From an uncultured Actinomycetes bacterium (lineage in GTDB: Bacteria > Actinomycetota > Acidimicrobiia > IMCC26256 > JACDBD01), in contig CAVYIP010000002.1 of assembly GCA_963768605.1 (NCBI GenBank), positions 64,756 to 128,755 of the forward strand: DNA of 64,000 bases, given 5' to 3'. Under the pieces are notes generated by a model. It was not told the DNA's origin. It saw only the letters and a list, made by a program, of their open reading frames with translations, and ran no database searches. Numbering within the stretch: the stretch's first letter is position 1; each line of letters opens with the position of its first letter. Shown here in pieces: positions 35,123-45,885 of this stretch. The position numbers and the translations under genes are program-made.

Positions 35123-35380
35123 GAGGAGGCCGGTCGCGGCGACGAGCAGCGCGCCGAAGAAGACGACGCTGAGAACAGCACCGATCCACGCGAGCATGCC
35201 GTGCTCGGCGGCGGCTTCCGGCTGGAGCGCCTGGGCGAGAAGAAACAGTCCCCACCACCCGGCCAGCAGTCCGTACGCCCAGGGGCTCGGAACCGGGTCC
35301 TGCAACCACGAGCGAGCGTCGGACCTCGGTGCGGGTTCCGTCTTCGGGGTCTGCGTTGGTGCTTCTCGAGTATCGAGCAT
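34949..35380 (-). CDS. Hypothetical 4-TM membrane protein with CPLTGHH motif
   Basis: RBS GAGGAGG, four hydrophobic segments; overlaps the non-conserved MFS tail. Confidence 0.65.
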   Translation of the reverse strand: MLDTREAPTQTPKTEPAPRSDARSWLQDPVPSPWAYGLLAGWWGLFLLAQALQPEAAAEHGMLAWIGAVLSVVFFGALLVAATGLLLRQRWGLVASLGAAALLVADSIACPLTGHHEFGAFVLIQAVGSVALAGVSIRALRRS

Positions 35381-35480
35381 CCCGACCTCCTCGCTGAGGC
35401 GACCATGTTCGCGCGGTTCGGGCCGTCGTGGTCGCGGCACCTTGGACCCTCGCCGCCGGGCTCCGATACCGTCCGATCGC

Positions 35481-36245
35481 ATGATCATCGAGCGCGAGCG
35501 GCGAGGGCGGGTCGAGATCCTCACGATCAACCGGCCTGAAGCGCGCAATGCGGTCAACGCCGACGTCGCCCGGGGCATCGAGGCCGCGCTCGACGACGTC
35601 GAAGCCGACAACGACGTCTGGGCCGTCGTCGTCACCGGGCGGGGGCCGGTGTTCTCGGCCGGCGCCGACCTCAAGGCCGTCGCCGCCGGTCGCGGCCTCG
35701 AGCTGATGACCGAGCGGGGCGGGTTCGCCGGGATCACCCAGCGCGCGTTCCCCAAGCCGCTCATCGCGGCGGTGAACGGACCGGCGCTGGCCGGCGGCTT
35801 CGAGATCGTGCTCTCGTGCGACCTGGTCGTGGCGGCCGACGACGCGAGGTTCGGGTTGCCCGAGGTGAAGCGCGGCCTGTTCGCGTCGGCCGGCGGGTTG
35901 GTCCGGCTCCCGAAGCGCGTACCGCTCGCGCTGGCGACCGAGGTGGCGATCACCGGCGAACCGATCGACGCCCCGCGCGCGCATGCGCTCGGGCTCGTGA
36001 ACCGGGTGGTGCCGAGCGAGAGGGTCGTGGACGAAGCGCTGGCGCTGGCGGCGCTCATCGCCGAGAACGCTCCGGTCGCGGTGCGCGGCTCCTTGCGCAT
36101 GGTGCGCGAGGCGGGCGACCTGTCGGAAGCCGACGCCTGGCGGCTCAACAGCGAGGTCGCAGCCGAGGTCGGCTCGACCAAGGACGCGATCGAGGGCGCC
36201 ACCGCCTTCGCCGAGAAGCGCAAGCCGAACTGGACGGGGGCCTGA
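35481..36245 (+). CDS. Enoyl-CoA hydratase/crotonase
   Basis: NRPEARNA, FSAGADL, AGGFE, FGLPEVKRG, AFAEKR. Confidence 0.92.
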   Translation: MIIERERRGRVEILTINRPEARNAVNADVARGIEAALDDVEADNDVWAVVVTGRGPVFSAGADLKAVAAGRGLELMTERGGFAGITQRAFPKPLIAAVNGPALAGGFEIVLSCDLVVAADDARFGLPEVKRGLFASAGGLVRLPKRVPLALATEVAITGEPIDAPRAHALGLVNRVVPSERVVDEALALAALIAENAPVAVRGSLRMVREAGDLSEADAWRLNSEVAAEVGSTKDAIEGATAFAEKRKPNWTGA

Positions 36246-36301
36246 CCGCCCGACCCGCCCGATCGTGACCGCGGGAGCAAACACTCCTAGAATCGCGGGT
36301 C

Positions 36302-37105
36302 ATGGGAGCGGGGTCGGCGCCGGAGCTGCGGGTCGAGGAGCTGGCGGGGCGGGCCGACGTCTCCGTCGACACGATCCGCTTCTACCAGAAGCGGCGGCTG
36401 CTCCCGCCGCCCGAGCGCCGGGGCCGCATCGCCTGGTACGGCGCCGAGCACGTCGAGCGGCTCGCCCGCATCAAGGACCTCCAGCGACGGGGCTTCTCGC
36501 TCGCCGTCATCCGCCGCATCGTGACCGGCGAGCTCGACCGCGCCGACGAGCCGCTGGCTGCAGCCGTGGTCGGCGCGGTCGACGATGAGACCGGAGCCGA
36601 GCCCGGCGCCGAGGAGTTCCTCACGCTCGACGAGCTCGCGGCGCGCTCGGGTGTGCCCGAGGCGTTGATCGAGTCGATCGTGCGCGAGGGGCTGCTCGTC
36701 CCCCGCCGCCACGAAGGCGATGCCCGGTTCACGACGGCCGACGTCGACATCGTCGCCGCCGGGCTGCGTCTCCTCGAGACAGGTCTGCCGATGCCGGAGC
36801 TCCTGACGTTGGCGCGCCGGCACCACGACGCGACGCGCGACACCGCCGAAGGCGCGGTCGCGATGTTCGACACGTACGTGCGCGAGCCGCTCCGCTCCGC
36901 CGACCTGTCCGACGACGAGCGCGCCGAGCGTCTCGTCGAGGCGTTCCGAGTCCTCCTTCCTTCGGTCACGGCGCTCGTCGCGCACCACTTCCGGCGCGTG
37001 CTGCTCGAGGTCGCACAAGAGCACCTCGAGTCCGTCGGCGAGCCCGCCGAGCTGGAAGCGGCCAACGCCGAGGCCAGCCGCCGCCTCGAGGCGGTCTGGC
37101 CGTGA
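36302..37105 (+). CDS. MerR-family regulator with two HTH domains
   Basis: VEELAGRADVSVDTIRFYQ...GFSL and a second LDELAARSGV...EGLL module. Confidence 0.85.
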   Translation: MGAGSAPELRVEELAGRADVSVDTIRFYQKRRLLPPPERRGRIAWYGAEHVERLARIKDLQRRGFSLAVIRRIVTGELDRADEPLAAAVVGAVDDETGAEPGAEEFLTLDELAARSGVPEALIESIVREGLLVPRRHEGDARFTTADVDIVAAGLRLLETGLPMPELLTLARRHHDATRDTAEGAVAMFDTYVREPLRSADLSDDERAERLVEAFRVLLPSVTALVAHHFRRVLLEVAQEHLESVGEPAELEAANAEASRRLEAVWP

Positions 37106-37809
37106 CGCCCGCGCCCGCAACGGAGACTCGTCTTCCCGAAGGCGACGACAAGCACCGCGCGGTCGAGGCGATGTTCGATCGCATCGCCCCGCGCTACGAC
37201 CGTCTGAATCGCATCATCTCGCTCGGGCAGGACCGGCGGTGGCGCCGCCACACGGTCGGCGCGCTCCGACTGGCGCCGGGCGCGACCGTGCTCGATGTCG
37301 GTTGCGGCACGGGCGATCTGTGCGATGTCGTGGCGCGCGCCGGCTACTCGCCGATCGGTGTCGACTTCTCCGCCGGCATGCTGGCCGCGGCGCACTCGCG
37401 CGCTCCCTTGGCGCGCGCGGACGCGCTGGCGCTGCCGGTTCCCGACGCGTCCACCGACGGCGTCGTCAGCGGCTTCGCACTCCGCAACTTCGTCGACCTC
37501 GACCGCTTCTTCCGGGAGTCCGCGCGCGTCCTCCGACCCGGCGGGCGTCTCGCCACCCTCGAGACCGCCGAGCCCGCCGGCCCGCTGCTCCGGGCCGGGC
37601 ACAACATCTGGTTCCGGCGGGTCGTGCCGTTCGTCGGGGCGACCCTGGCGCACGACGCCGAGGCCTACGACTACCTGCCCCGCTCGACGGCGTACCTGCC
37701 GGCGCCCGGCGACCTGCTCGCGCTCGTCGAGGCGGCCGGCTTCGCAGCCGTCGAGCGCCGCACGTTCACTGCGGGCGCCGTCCAACTGATCACGGGTACC
37801 CGGCGATGA
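37102..37809 (+). CDS. menG: Demethylmenaquinone methyltransferase
   Basis: MFDRIAPRYDRLN, SLGQDRRWR, DVGCGTGD, FALRN, AYDYLPRS. Confidence 0.88.
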   Translation: MTPAPATETRLPEGDDKHRAVEAMFDRIAPRYDRLNRIISLGQDRRWRRHTVGALRLAPGATVLDVGCGTGDLCDVVARAGYSPIGVDFSAGMLAAAHSRAPLARADALALPVPDASTDGVVSGFALRNFVDLDRFFRESARVLRPGGRLATLETAEPAGPLLRAGHNIWFRRVVPFVGATLAHDAEAYDYLPRSTAYLPAPGDLLALVEAAGFAAVERRTFTAGAVQLITGTRR

Positions 37810-39002
37810 CGGCGACCTCCATCGCCGCCGGGCTCGTCGCCCGCACCCGGGAGGTCGATCCGCCGGCCGATCTGGTCGATTCGCTCTCGCCCGACGGCTT
37901 CGCCTGGCTGACCGACGGGTCCGGATTCGTCACCTCCGGGGTCGCGGCTCGGGTACGCGCCGGCGACGTCGATCGCGTCCTGGCCGGCATCGAGAACGAC
38001 GACCCGGTGTCGCGGGCCGGCACCGGCGCGATCGCGGTCGGCTCGTTGCCGTTCCGCGGCTCGGCCCAGGGCGAGCTCGTGATCCCCGCGTCCGTGACCG
38101 GCCTCGATTCGGACGGGCGCGCCTGGCGCACCGAGATCGGATCGGCCGCGCCGTTCGCGCCGAACGCGGTGCCGGCGCCAACGCGCTTCAGCGTGGAAGG
38201 CCGGGTCTCCCGGACCGAGTGGGCGTCGCAGGTGCACGCCATCCTCGACGCGATCGAGGCCGGTGAGCTCGCCAAGGCCGTCCTCGCCCGCGAGGTCGTC
38301 GTGCACGCCGACGCGCCGTTCGACGCGCGCGTCGTGGTCGACCGCCTGCGCGCGACGCAAGGCGGCTGCGTGGTGTTCGCCGCCGGCGGGAACGTGGGCG
38401 CCACGCCCGAGCTGCTCGTCCGCCGCCGCGGCGCCGCGGTGGTGTCCCGGCCGATGGCCGGCACGATCCCGCGGGGCGCGACCGACGCCGGCGACACTGC
38501 CGCCGAGGCCGCGCTCGCCGCTTCGGTCAAGGACGGCCTCGAGCACCGCTTGGTCGTCGACGCGGTGGTGGACGGCTTGCGAGCGTGCGGTGTCGACATC
38601 ACCTCCGTGCGCGGCCCCGACGTCGCCCGCCTGGCCACGGTGAGCCACCTCGCCACCACGATCGCCGGCAATGTCGAGCCTCGATCGGCGAGCTCGGCGC
38701 TCGAGCTCGCGTTGCGGCTGCACCCGACGCCGGCCGTCGCCGGCGCGCCGCGCGACACCGCGCTGACCATGCTCGAGAACCTCGAGACCTTCGACCGGGG
38801 CCGGTACGCGGGGCCGGTCGGGTGGGTCGACGCGCACGGCGACGGCGAATGGGCGGTCGCCCTCCGCTGCGCCGAGCTCGACGGGAGCACCGCGCGCCTC
38901 GTCGCGGGGGCCGGCGTCGTCGCCGGCTCCGATCCCGACGCCGAGTGGGCCGAGACGCAGGCCAAGCTCGAGCCCATGCTGCGCGTGCTCGTGCAGCCGT
39001 AA
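37806..39002 (+). CDS. menF: Isochorismate synthase
   Basis: KAVLAR, GATPELL, AGT, KDGLEH, LHPTPAV, RGRYAGPVGW, GAGVVAGS, ETQAK. Confidence 0.9.
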   Translation: MTATSIAAGLVARTREVDPPADLVDSLSPDGFAWLTDGSGFVTSGVAARVRAGDVDRVLAGIENDDPVSRAGTGAIAVGSLPFRGSAQGELVIPASVTGLDSDGRAWRTEIGSAAPFAPNAVPAPTRFSVEGRVSRTEWASQVHAILDAIEAGELAKAVLAREVVVHADAPFDARVVVDRLRATQGGCVVFAAGGNVGATPELLVRRRGAAVVSRPMAGTIPRGATDAGDTAAEAALAASVKDGLEHRLVVDAVVDGLRACGVDITSVRGPDVARLATVSHLATTIAGNVEPRSASSALELALRLHPTPAVAGAPRDTALTMLENLETFDRGRYAGPVGWVDAHGDGEWAVALRCAELDGSTARLVAGAGVVAGSDPDAEWAETQAKLEPMLRVLVQP

Positions 39003-39096
39003 CGCGCGTCGGCGGCCGACGAGGGTTTGCGCCCCGGATTCTCTATGCTCGGACGCCGCTCGCCCGGCGCCGAGCCCTTCAGGGGAGAGGACCGAA

Positions 39097-40378
39097 ATGG
39101 GCAGTTCGCGGATGACAAAGCTCGCGTCGATCGTCGCGATGGTCGGTCTCACCACCGCGCTCTTCGCCGCGGTCGGCGGCGCGGCCGGGGCGGGCGAGGA
39201 GAAGCGCGGCAACGTCAACGGATCGCTGGAGCTCGGGCAGCTCGCGGCGCAGACCGGCCCGCTCAGCAACATCGTGCAGTCGCTCACGGTGCCGGTGACC
39301 ATGGCGGTCGACGAGATCAACGCCGACGGTGGCGTGCTCGGAAAGCCGGTGACGTACACCGTGGCCGACGACGGCACCGACCCCAACCTCGCCAGCGAGT
39401 CGCTCGAGGGCCTGCTCGAGGACAGCAAGGTCGACGCGATCATGGGGCCGACCTCGTCGGGCGTCACCCTGAACATCCTCGAGGAGGTCCGCCGGCGAGG
39501 GGTGCTCCTCTGCTCGGGATCGAACACGTCGGAGGAGCTGTCGACGACGGACTCGGGCGGCTACTACTTCCGCACCACCCCGTCCGACCGCCTGCAGGGG
39601 CCGGCACTGGCCGAGCTCGTGCGCAAGGACGGCCGCAAGAAGGTCGGGATCCTCGCCCGGCGGGACACGTACGGCGTGGGCCTGGCGACCTCGGTGAAGA
39701 AGGCGCTCGACAAGGGCGGGACGAAGGTCGTGGCCGATGTCTCGTACGACCCGGACGCGACCAAATTCGACCGTGAAGTCAAGAGGGTGGTCGACAAGAA
39801 GCCCGACGCGGTGGTCGTGCTCGGGTTCGACAGCGACAGCAGCGACATCGTCCGGACGCTGACCGCCCAGGGCCTCTCGCCGCAGCAGTTCCCGATCTAC
39901 GCGGCCGATGGCATGCGCACCAACGCGTTCCCCACGCTCCTCGACCCGAACAACCCCGCCGCGGCGGCAGGGATCAAGGGCACGTCCCCGGCGACCCAAC
40001 CGGCCGGCGTGCAGCACCCGTTCCTCGACGCGTTCACTGCGACCGGCATCGACCCGATCTACTCGGCCTTCTACTACGACTGCACGGTCCTCACGGCGCT
40101 GGCGGCGGAGAAGGCGAAGTCGGACGACCCGGCCAAGATGAAGGAGGTCTTCGCCGCCAACACCAAGGGCAAGGAGAAGTGCACGACCTTCGCCGACTGC
40201 AAGCGGCTCCTCGACGCCGGCAAGTCGATCAATTACGAGGGCGCGTCGGCCGCGTTCAAGAACATGAACAAGTTCGGGGCCTTCGAGCCGAACGCCGGCG
40301 TATACGAGGTGTGGGCGTTCGACGAGACGCGGCCGGGACGTCACCGCTCCGCCCGAGACCCAGATACGAATCGGTTAG
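39097..40378 (+). CDS. Orphan ABC substrate-binding protein (branched-chain amino acid/LivJ type); likely stop 40378 after a frameshift near 40330
   Basis: EINADGGVLG, GPTSSG, FRTTPSDRLQG, DTYGVG, YYD, INYEGAS. Confidence 0.85.
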
Positions 40379-40393
40379 CTCGGTTCCGCGTTC

Positions 40394-42114
40394 TCAATCG
40401 GCGAGCGCCGACGCGACGGCCGTCCACGCGTCGCGGTGACGCTTGACGTTCTCGGCGCGTTCGGTGGGCACGATCACGAACCGGACGCCCCCGGCGGCGA
40501 TGGCGGCTTCGACGGCGGGGACGACCTCGCCCGCCTTCTCGACCCGTTGCGCCGGGAGGCCGTGCATCGAGGCCAGGGCGGCGAGATCGACGCCGTGAGG
40601 GGTGCCGAACAGCAATTCGAAGTGGTCGGGCAGCTCTGCCTGCGGGAGAAACGAGAAGATGCCCCCGCCGTCGTTGTCGAGCACGACGAACGTGGCATCG
40701 ACGCCGCGGCCGGCCGCGCCGAGGAGGCCGTTGGCGTCGTGCAGGAGACAGAGGTCGCCGAGCAGCGCGACCGTCGGTCCGGATGAGGCGGACGCCGCCC
40801 CCAGCACGGTCGAGACGAACCCGTCGATGCCGTTGACGCCGCGGTTGGCGAGCAAGCGCACGCCCGCACGCGGTCGGGCGAATGCTTCGACATCGCGCAC
40901 CGGCATGCTGGAGGCCACGACCATCGTGGCGCCGGCGGGCAGCGCGTCGACGGTGTCCGCGCGCGACGCGACCCTCGAACAACGTCTCCCACCCGTCCAG
41001 GAGGTCGTCGAGCGCGGCGCGCGCCGTGTGCTCGGCGGCGCGCCACGACCGCAGCCACGCTTCGTCGCGCTCGGGGGTCGGCGTCGAGCGCGCCGGTCAG
41101 GGCGTCGAGCAGCGGGGCGGCCTCGACGGCGATGCGGTCGGCCACGCCCCGACCGGGGTCGAGCCACGCTGCGTCGGGGTCGACGAGCAGTTGCGGGACC
41201 TCGGGACCGAGCCACGCCGTGAGCGGCTTGCTCGTCGGCGCCGCGCCCAGGCGGAGCACGAGCTCGGGGCGGTGCCTCTCGGCGAACCCGGGGCTGCGCA
41301 GCAGCGCCTCGTACGTCGAGATCGCGTGCGGACCGTGGCGGAGGCCGGAGATCGGATCGGCGAGCACGGGCCAACCGGCGGCGGCGGCGAACCGATCGAC
41401 GGCTCCGGCGGGCGCGTCACTCCCCCAGCCGGCCACGATCAGCCCGCGGGGATGGGCGCGCACCGCCTCGGCGATGCGCGCCACGGTCGCCTCGTCCGGC
41501 GCGCGCGTCGGCCGGGTCACTGCCGTCCACGGACGCCCGTCGGGCCGGCCCGGTGCGTCGACGAGCGGCGCGCCGGTGGGCACCAGCGGCTCCCGGAACG
41601 CGAGGTTGAGGTGCACCGGGCCGGCGGGCGGTCCGACGGACTCGGCGACCGCGCGCGCGGCGATCGACCGCCATGACGTCGCTGCTCCGGGGTGGTCCCC
41701 GGGCACGCCGACCTCGCAGAACCACCGCACCGCCCGTCCGTAGAGGTCCAGCTGATCGACGGCCTGGCCGGCGCCGGTGTCGCGCAGCTCGGGGGGTCGA
41801 TCGGCGGTGCAGACGATCAGGGGGGTGCGAGCGTGGCTCGCCTCCAGCACGGCGGGATGGAAGTTGGCGGCGGCCGTCCCCGACGTGCAGAGCACGACGG
41901 CCGGTGATCCGCTCGCCTTCGCGGTGCCGAGCGCGAAGAATGCCGCCGACCGCTCGTCGAGGTGCACGTGCACGCGGATGCGGTCATCGGCGGCGAGGGC
42001 GAGCGCAAGCGGCGCCGACCGCGACCCCGGAGCGACGCATGCCTCGTGCACACCTGCCCGCGCCCACTCGTCGACCAGGGCGCGGGCGAAGGCGGTCGTG
42101 GCGTCGCGGGTCAT
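40394..42114 (-). CDS. menD: SEPHCHC synthase, frameshift near 41075
   Basis: PGSRSAPL, DERSAAF, TSGTAAAN, TADRP, SSMPVRD, NRGVNGIDG, GDL, NDGGGIF, FGTPH. Confidence 0.93.
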
Positions 42115-42128
42115 GCGAGGATCCGTAC

Positions 42129-42833
42129 GTGCCGCTCGTGCTGGTACCGGGGTTCACGCAGACCGCAGCGTCGTGGGATCCGGTCGTCGCGCACCTGCCG
42201 CCCGACCTCGAGGCCACGGCCGTCGACGTGCCCACCGGGCTCGGCTTCGTCGAGACGGCGGCCGCGATCGGCGAACAGCGCGGCCGCGCCGTCTACTGCG
42301 GGTACTCGATGGGCGGACGGCTGTGCCTGCGTCTCGCGCTCGATCGACCCGATCTCGTCCGCGGGCTCGTGGTCCTCAGCGCCTCGCCCGGGATCGCCGA
42401 CGCCGCCGAGCGGTCGGCGCGGCGCGAAGCCGACGAGAAGCTCGCGCAGGAGGTCGAACGCGACGGCGTCGACCCGTTCCTCGACCGATGGCTGCGCCAG
42501 CCTCTGTTCGCGAGCCTGCCGCCCGACGCCGCCGGCCTCGATGCGCGGCGCGCCGGCAACACGGTCGCAACGCTCACGCACGCGTTGCGCGCCTTGGGAC
42601 AGGGTGCGCAAGAGCCGTTGTGGGACCGCCTCGGCGATCTCGAACCGTCCTTCGTGCCCGCCGCCGGTGTCCTCGACGAGAAGTACGTCGACATCGCCTT
42701 CGACATGGCGGGGCGCGTCGGGCCCGATGTCCATCCCGTGCTGATCGGAGGCGCGGGCCACGCCGCGCACCTCGAAAACCCCGAAGCCGTCGCGTCGCTG
42801 TTGCAGCGCGTCGCTCACGACCGCACCTCGTAG
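42129..42833 (+). CDS. menH: SHCHC synthase (alpha/beta hydrolase)
   Basis: GFTQ, GYSMGGR, SASPG, RREAD, WLRQPLF, DEKY, GHAAHLENP; lies within the men cluster. Confidence 0.85.
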   Translation: MPLVLVPGFTQTAASWDPVVAHLPPDLEATAVDVPTGLGFVETAAAIGEQRGRAVYCGYSMGGRLCLRLALDRPDLVRGLVVLSASPGIADAAERSARREADEKLAQEVERDGVDPFLDRWLRQPLFASLPPDAAGLDARRAGNTVATLTHALRALGQGAQEPLWDRLGDLEPSFVPAAGVLDEKYVDIAFDMAGRVGPDVHPVLIGGAGHAAHLENPEAVASLLQRVAHDRTS

Positions 42834-43651
42834 CGTTCGAGGAGGACAGGATCGGGCTCGACGTGTCGCGGCCGCATGTGTCCGTCAACGGGAACGAGCG
42901 GGTCGCGAACGACGTCGCCGCCGGGCATGCGCGCCGCGAGGCCGCACGCGTACGGCAGCTCGGGCAATGCGGCCGCGAGGGCGACGCCGGCGGCGATCCC
43001 GACCGACGTCTCGCGCATCGAGGTGACGAGCGCCGGGACCCCCGCCGTTTCGGCAACCTGCAGCGCGGCCCGCACACCGCCGAGCGGCTGGACCTTCAGG
43101 ACGACAACGTCGGCGGCCTGCAGCGTGGCGAGGCAGCGCGCATCACCGAGCGAGCGGACGCACTCGTCGGCGGCGACGGGTACGTCGACGCGACGCCGGA
43201 GCCGGGCGAGGTCGTCGAGGGCGGCGACGGGCTGCTCGACGAGCTCGAGGTCGAAGCGTGCGAGCCGCCCGATCATCGCCTCGGCCGTTTCGACGTCCCA
43301 CGCGCCGTTGGCGTCGACGCGTAGCGCGACGGTCGGGCCGACCGCGTCGCGGACCGCCGCCACGAGCTCGACGTCGTCGCGCGGGTCCGTCCGCCCGACC
43401 TTCACCTTCACGGCGGGAAAGCCGTTCAGCGCGCCGGGATCGACGGGCGCCGCTGTCGACGAGCGCGTTGACCGGCACCGTGTCGCGCACGGCCGGCGGC
43501 CAACCGTCACGCGCCGATTCCTCCGCCGCCCGCCGCGACACGCGACCGGCGCGCAGGTGTAGCCCGGGAGCGGCGAGACCTCGCCCCAGCCCGCCGGTCC
43601 GGCGATGAGCGTCACGGCCCGATCGCCGATGCGGAGCCGGTGCTCCCTCAC
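42815..43651 (-). CDS. menC: o-succinylbenzoate synthase (compensating frameshifts near 43530 and 43450)
   Basis: GWGEVSP, VKVKVG, RVDANGAW, EQP, AADE, KVQPLGG, ETSVG, ACGL. Confidence 0.9.
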   Translation of the reverse strand: MREHRLRIGDRAVTLIAGPAGWGEVSPLPGYTCAPVACRGGRRRNRRVTVGRRPCATRCRSTRSSTAAPVDPGALNGFPAVKVKVGRTDPRDDVELVAAVRDAVGPTVALRVDANGAWDVETAEAMIGRLARFDLELVEQPVAALDDLARLRRRVDVPVAADECVRSLGDARCLATLQAADVVVLKVQPLGGVRAALQVAETAGVPALVTSMRETSVGIAAGVALAAALPELPYACGLAARMPGGDVVRDPLVPVDGHMRPRHVEPDPVLLERYEVRS

Positions 43652-44521
43652 GCCGTGACCAGTCCCAGCGCCAGCAGCACCGCGACGACCACTTCGAGGC
43701 GGGCCGTGCCCACCAGCGCGGCGACGAGCGAAGGCGGGTCGTGCCGCGTCATGACGAGCCGGACCGGTTGCACGGCGAGCGGCAGCGCCGCCAGCGCGAT
43801 CAGCGCCGGCGGGTACAACACGCCCACGAGCGGCGACGGCCACGAACGCGCCGGCGACGCATCCGACGAACAACCCCCGCCCCGCGGGCGCACCGATGAG
43901 CACGGGCAGCGTGCGCTTGCCGGTGACGCGGTCGGTGTCGACGTCCCGGATGTTGTTGGCGAGCAGGATGGCGCAGGCGAGCAGCCCCACCGCCACCGCC
44001 CCCCACCACGCCGCCGCCGGCACGCGTTCGAGTTGCACGTACGCCGATCCGGCCGTGGCCACGAACCCGAAGAACACGAGCACGGCGAGCTCGCCGAGGC
44101 CCGAGTAGCCGTACGGGCGCGGGCCACCCGTGTACAGCACCGCCGCCGCGATGGCGACCGCGCCCACGACGAGGAGCCTGAGGTCCACTGCGATCGCGAG
44201 CGCGAGGCCGACCACGGCGGCCACGCCGAACGCGAGGGCGGCCGCGTTGCGCACGGCCGCCGGCGCGGCGACGCCGGACGCGGTCAGTCGGAGCGGGCCG
44301 GCGCGCTTGGTGTCGGTGCCGCGCACGCCATCGGAGTAGTCGTTGGCGTAGTTCACGCCGACCTGGAGGGCGAGCGCCACGACGAGCGCTGCCGCCGCCC
44401 GCCACCAGACGATGGTGTCGGCGTCCGCATACGCGGCGGCGGTGCCGACGATCACGGGGGAAAGCGCGGCGCCGAGCGTTCGCGGCCGCGCGCCGGCGAC
44501 CCATTCCGCCGGCGTCGTCAT
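43648..44521 (-). CDS. menA: DHNA polyprenyltransferase, frameshift near 43830
   Basis: ARPRTL, NYANDYSDGVRGTD, YTGGPRPYGY, NNIRDVDTD, GKRTL. Confidence 0.92.
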
Positions 44522-44522
44522 C

Positions 44523-45392
44523 TCAGGGGCGCTTCGGGAACCGGTCGAACTCGGGACGACGCTTCTCGAGGTACGCCTGCTTGCCCTCCTGCGCCTCTTC
44601 GCTCATGTAGTAGAGGAGCGTCGCGTCTCCGGCGAGCTGCTGGATGCCGGCGAGACCGTCGTCGGCGGCGTTGAAGGACGCCTTCAGCATGCGCAACGCG
44701 AGCGGGCTGTGGTCCAGCATGCGCTTGCACCAGGCCACGGTCTCGATCTCGAGCTGCTCGAGTGGGACGACCTTGTTCACGAGACCCATGTCGAGGGCTT
44801 CCTGCGCGTCGTACTCGTCGCACAGGAACCAGATCTCGCGCGCCTTCTTCTGCCCGACGCTGCGGGCGAGGAGCCCCGAGCCGTAGCCACCGTCGAACGA
44901 GCCGACCTTCGGGCCCGTCTGCCCGAAGCGGGCGTTGTCGGCGGCGATGGTGAGGTCGCACACGACGTGCAGGACGTGGCCGCCGCCGATCGCGTACCCG
45001 GCGACCATCGCCACCACCGGCTTCGGCAGCCGGCGGATCTGGATCTGGAGGTCGAGGACGTTGAGACGGCCGATGCCGTCGTCGCCGACGTAGCCGTCGT
45101 CGCCGCGGATGCGCTGGTCGCCGCCCGAGCAGAACGCCTGCGGACCTTCGCCGGTGAGGACGATCACGCCGACGGTGGGATCGCTCCGGGCACGCTCGAA
45201 CGCGTCCTGGAGCTCGAAGAGGGTGCGAGGCCGGAAGGCGTTCCGCACCTCGGGTCGGCAGATCGTGAGCTTGGCGATGCCCTCTGCGACCTCGTAGCGG
45301 ATGTCGCCGTACTCGGCGTCGGCGGCGGGCTTCCACGGAAGCGCCGGCTGGATGCTCCGGTTCATGGGCGTCTCCACTCTGGGAGCGGTCAC
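44523..45392 (-). CDS. menB: 1,4-dihydroxy-2-naphthoyl-CoA synthase
   Basis: [51 protein letters not shown]. Confidence 0.96.
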   Translation of the reverse strand: MTAPRVETPMNRSIQPALPWKPAADAEYGDIRYEVAEGIAKLTICRPEVRNAFRPRTLFELQDAFERARSDPTVGVIVLTGEGPQAFCSGGDQRIRGDDGYVGDDGIGRLNVLDLQIQIRRLPKPVVAMVAGYAIGGGHVLHVVCDLTIAADNARFGQTGPKVGSFDGGYGSGLLARSVGQKKAREIWFLCDEYDAQEALDMGLVNKVVPLEQLEIETVAWCKRMLDHSPLALRMLKASFNAADDGLAGIQQLAGDATLLYYMSEEAQEGKQAYLEKRRPEFDRFPKRP

Positions 45393-45462
45393 TCCTACGA
45401 ACCGTACGGTAGCTCCGGGCTGGTCGACGCGGCGAAGCCGCGGGCCGCGGAGCGGCCCGGGT

Positions 45463-45518
45463 GCGCGGCGAAGGCGGCTTTGCCGACCTTCGCCGCAGAG
45501 CCGGAGCCTGCGACGGCG
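45463..45518 (+). repeat. Structured 56-bp intergenic repeat, copy B
   Basis: GCGCGGCGAAGGCGGCTTTGCCGACCTTCGCCGCAGAGCCGGAGCCTGCGACGGCG; preceded by GCGGC-GAA-GCCGC and GGGCCGC-GGA-GCGGCCC mini-hairpins. Confidence 0.85.
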
Positions 45519-45530
45519 CCAGAAGGCAAA

Positions 45531-45875
45531 TCAGCCGGCGATCGTGAACGCGGAGCTCAGGCCGGTGATCTCGAAGACCTTGCGCGCCGAGGGCTTGAGG
45601 CCCCGCAGCTCGATGCCGCCACCGCCCTCGCGGGCCCGCTTCAGGGCCCCGACGAACACCCCGAGGCCGGTCGAGTCGATGAAGTCCATCCCGGAGAGGT
45701 CGACGACGATCTCGCGGCCGCCCTGCTCGATGAGCCGGTAGAGCTCGTCCCGCAACGCCGGTGCCGTGGCCACGTCGACCTCGCCCTCGACGATCACCGT
45801 CGGCGTCCCCGCGTCGTCGCGGACCGAGATCCGAAAGTCCTCGCCCGCGGGCAGGTCAGAGCCAGGAGGGACCAT
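45531..45875 (-). CDS. STAS anti-sigma-factor antagonist (RsbV-like)
   Basis: GEVDVATAPALR, DLSGMDFIDSTGL (phospho-acceptor Ser), FEITGL. Confidence 0.92.
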   Translation of the reverse strand: MVPPGSDLPAGEDFRISVRDDAGTPTVIVEGEVDVATAPALRDELYRLIEQGGREIVVDLSGMDFIDSTGLGVFVGALKRAREGGGGIELRGLKPSARKVFEITGLSSAFTIAG

Positions 45876-45885
45876 GCGGGCCAGG

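Noticed and set aside
42815-44521. MenA-MenC fusion (568 aa)
   Set aside because: The true MenA end lies in ORF 43648..44127 and overlaps the menC start by GTGA
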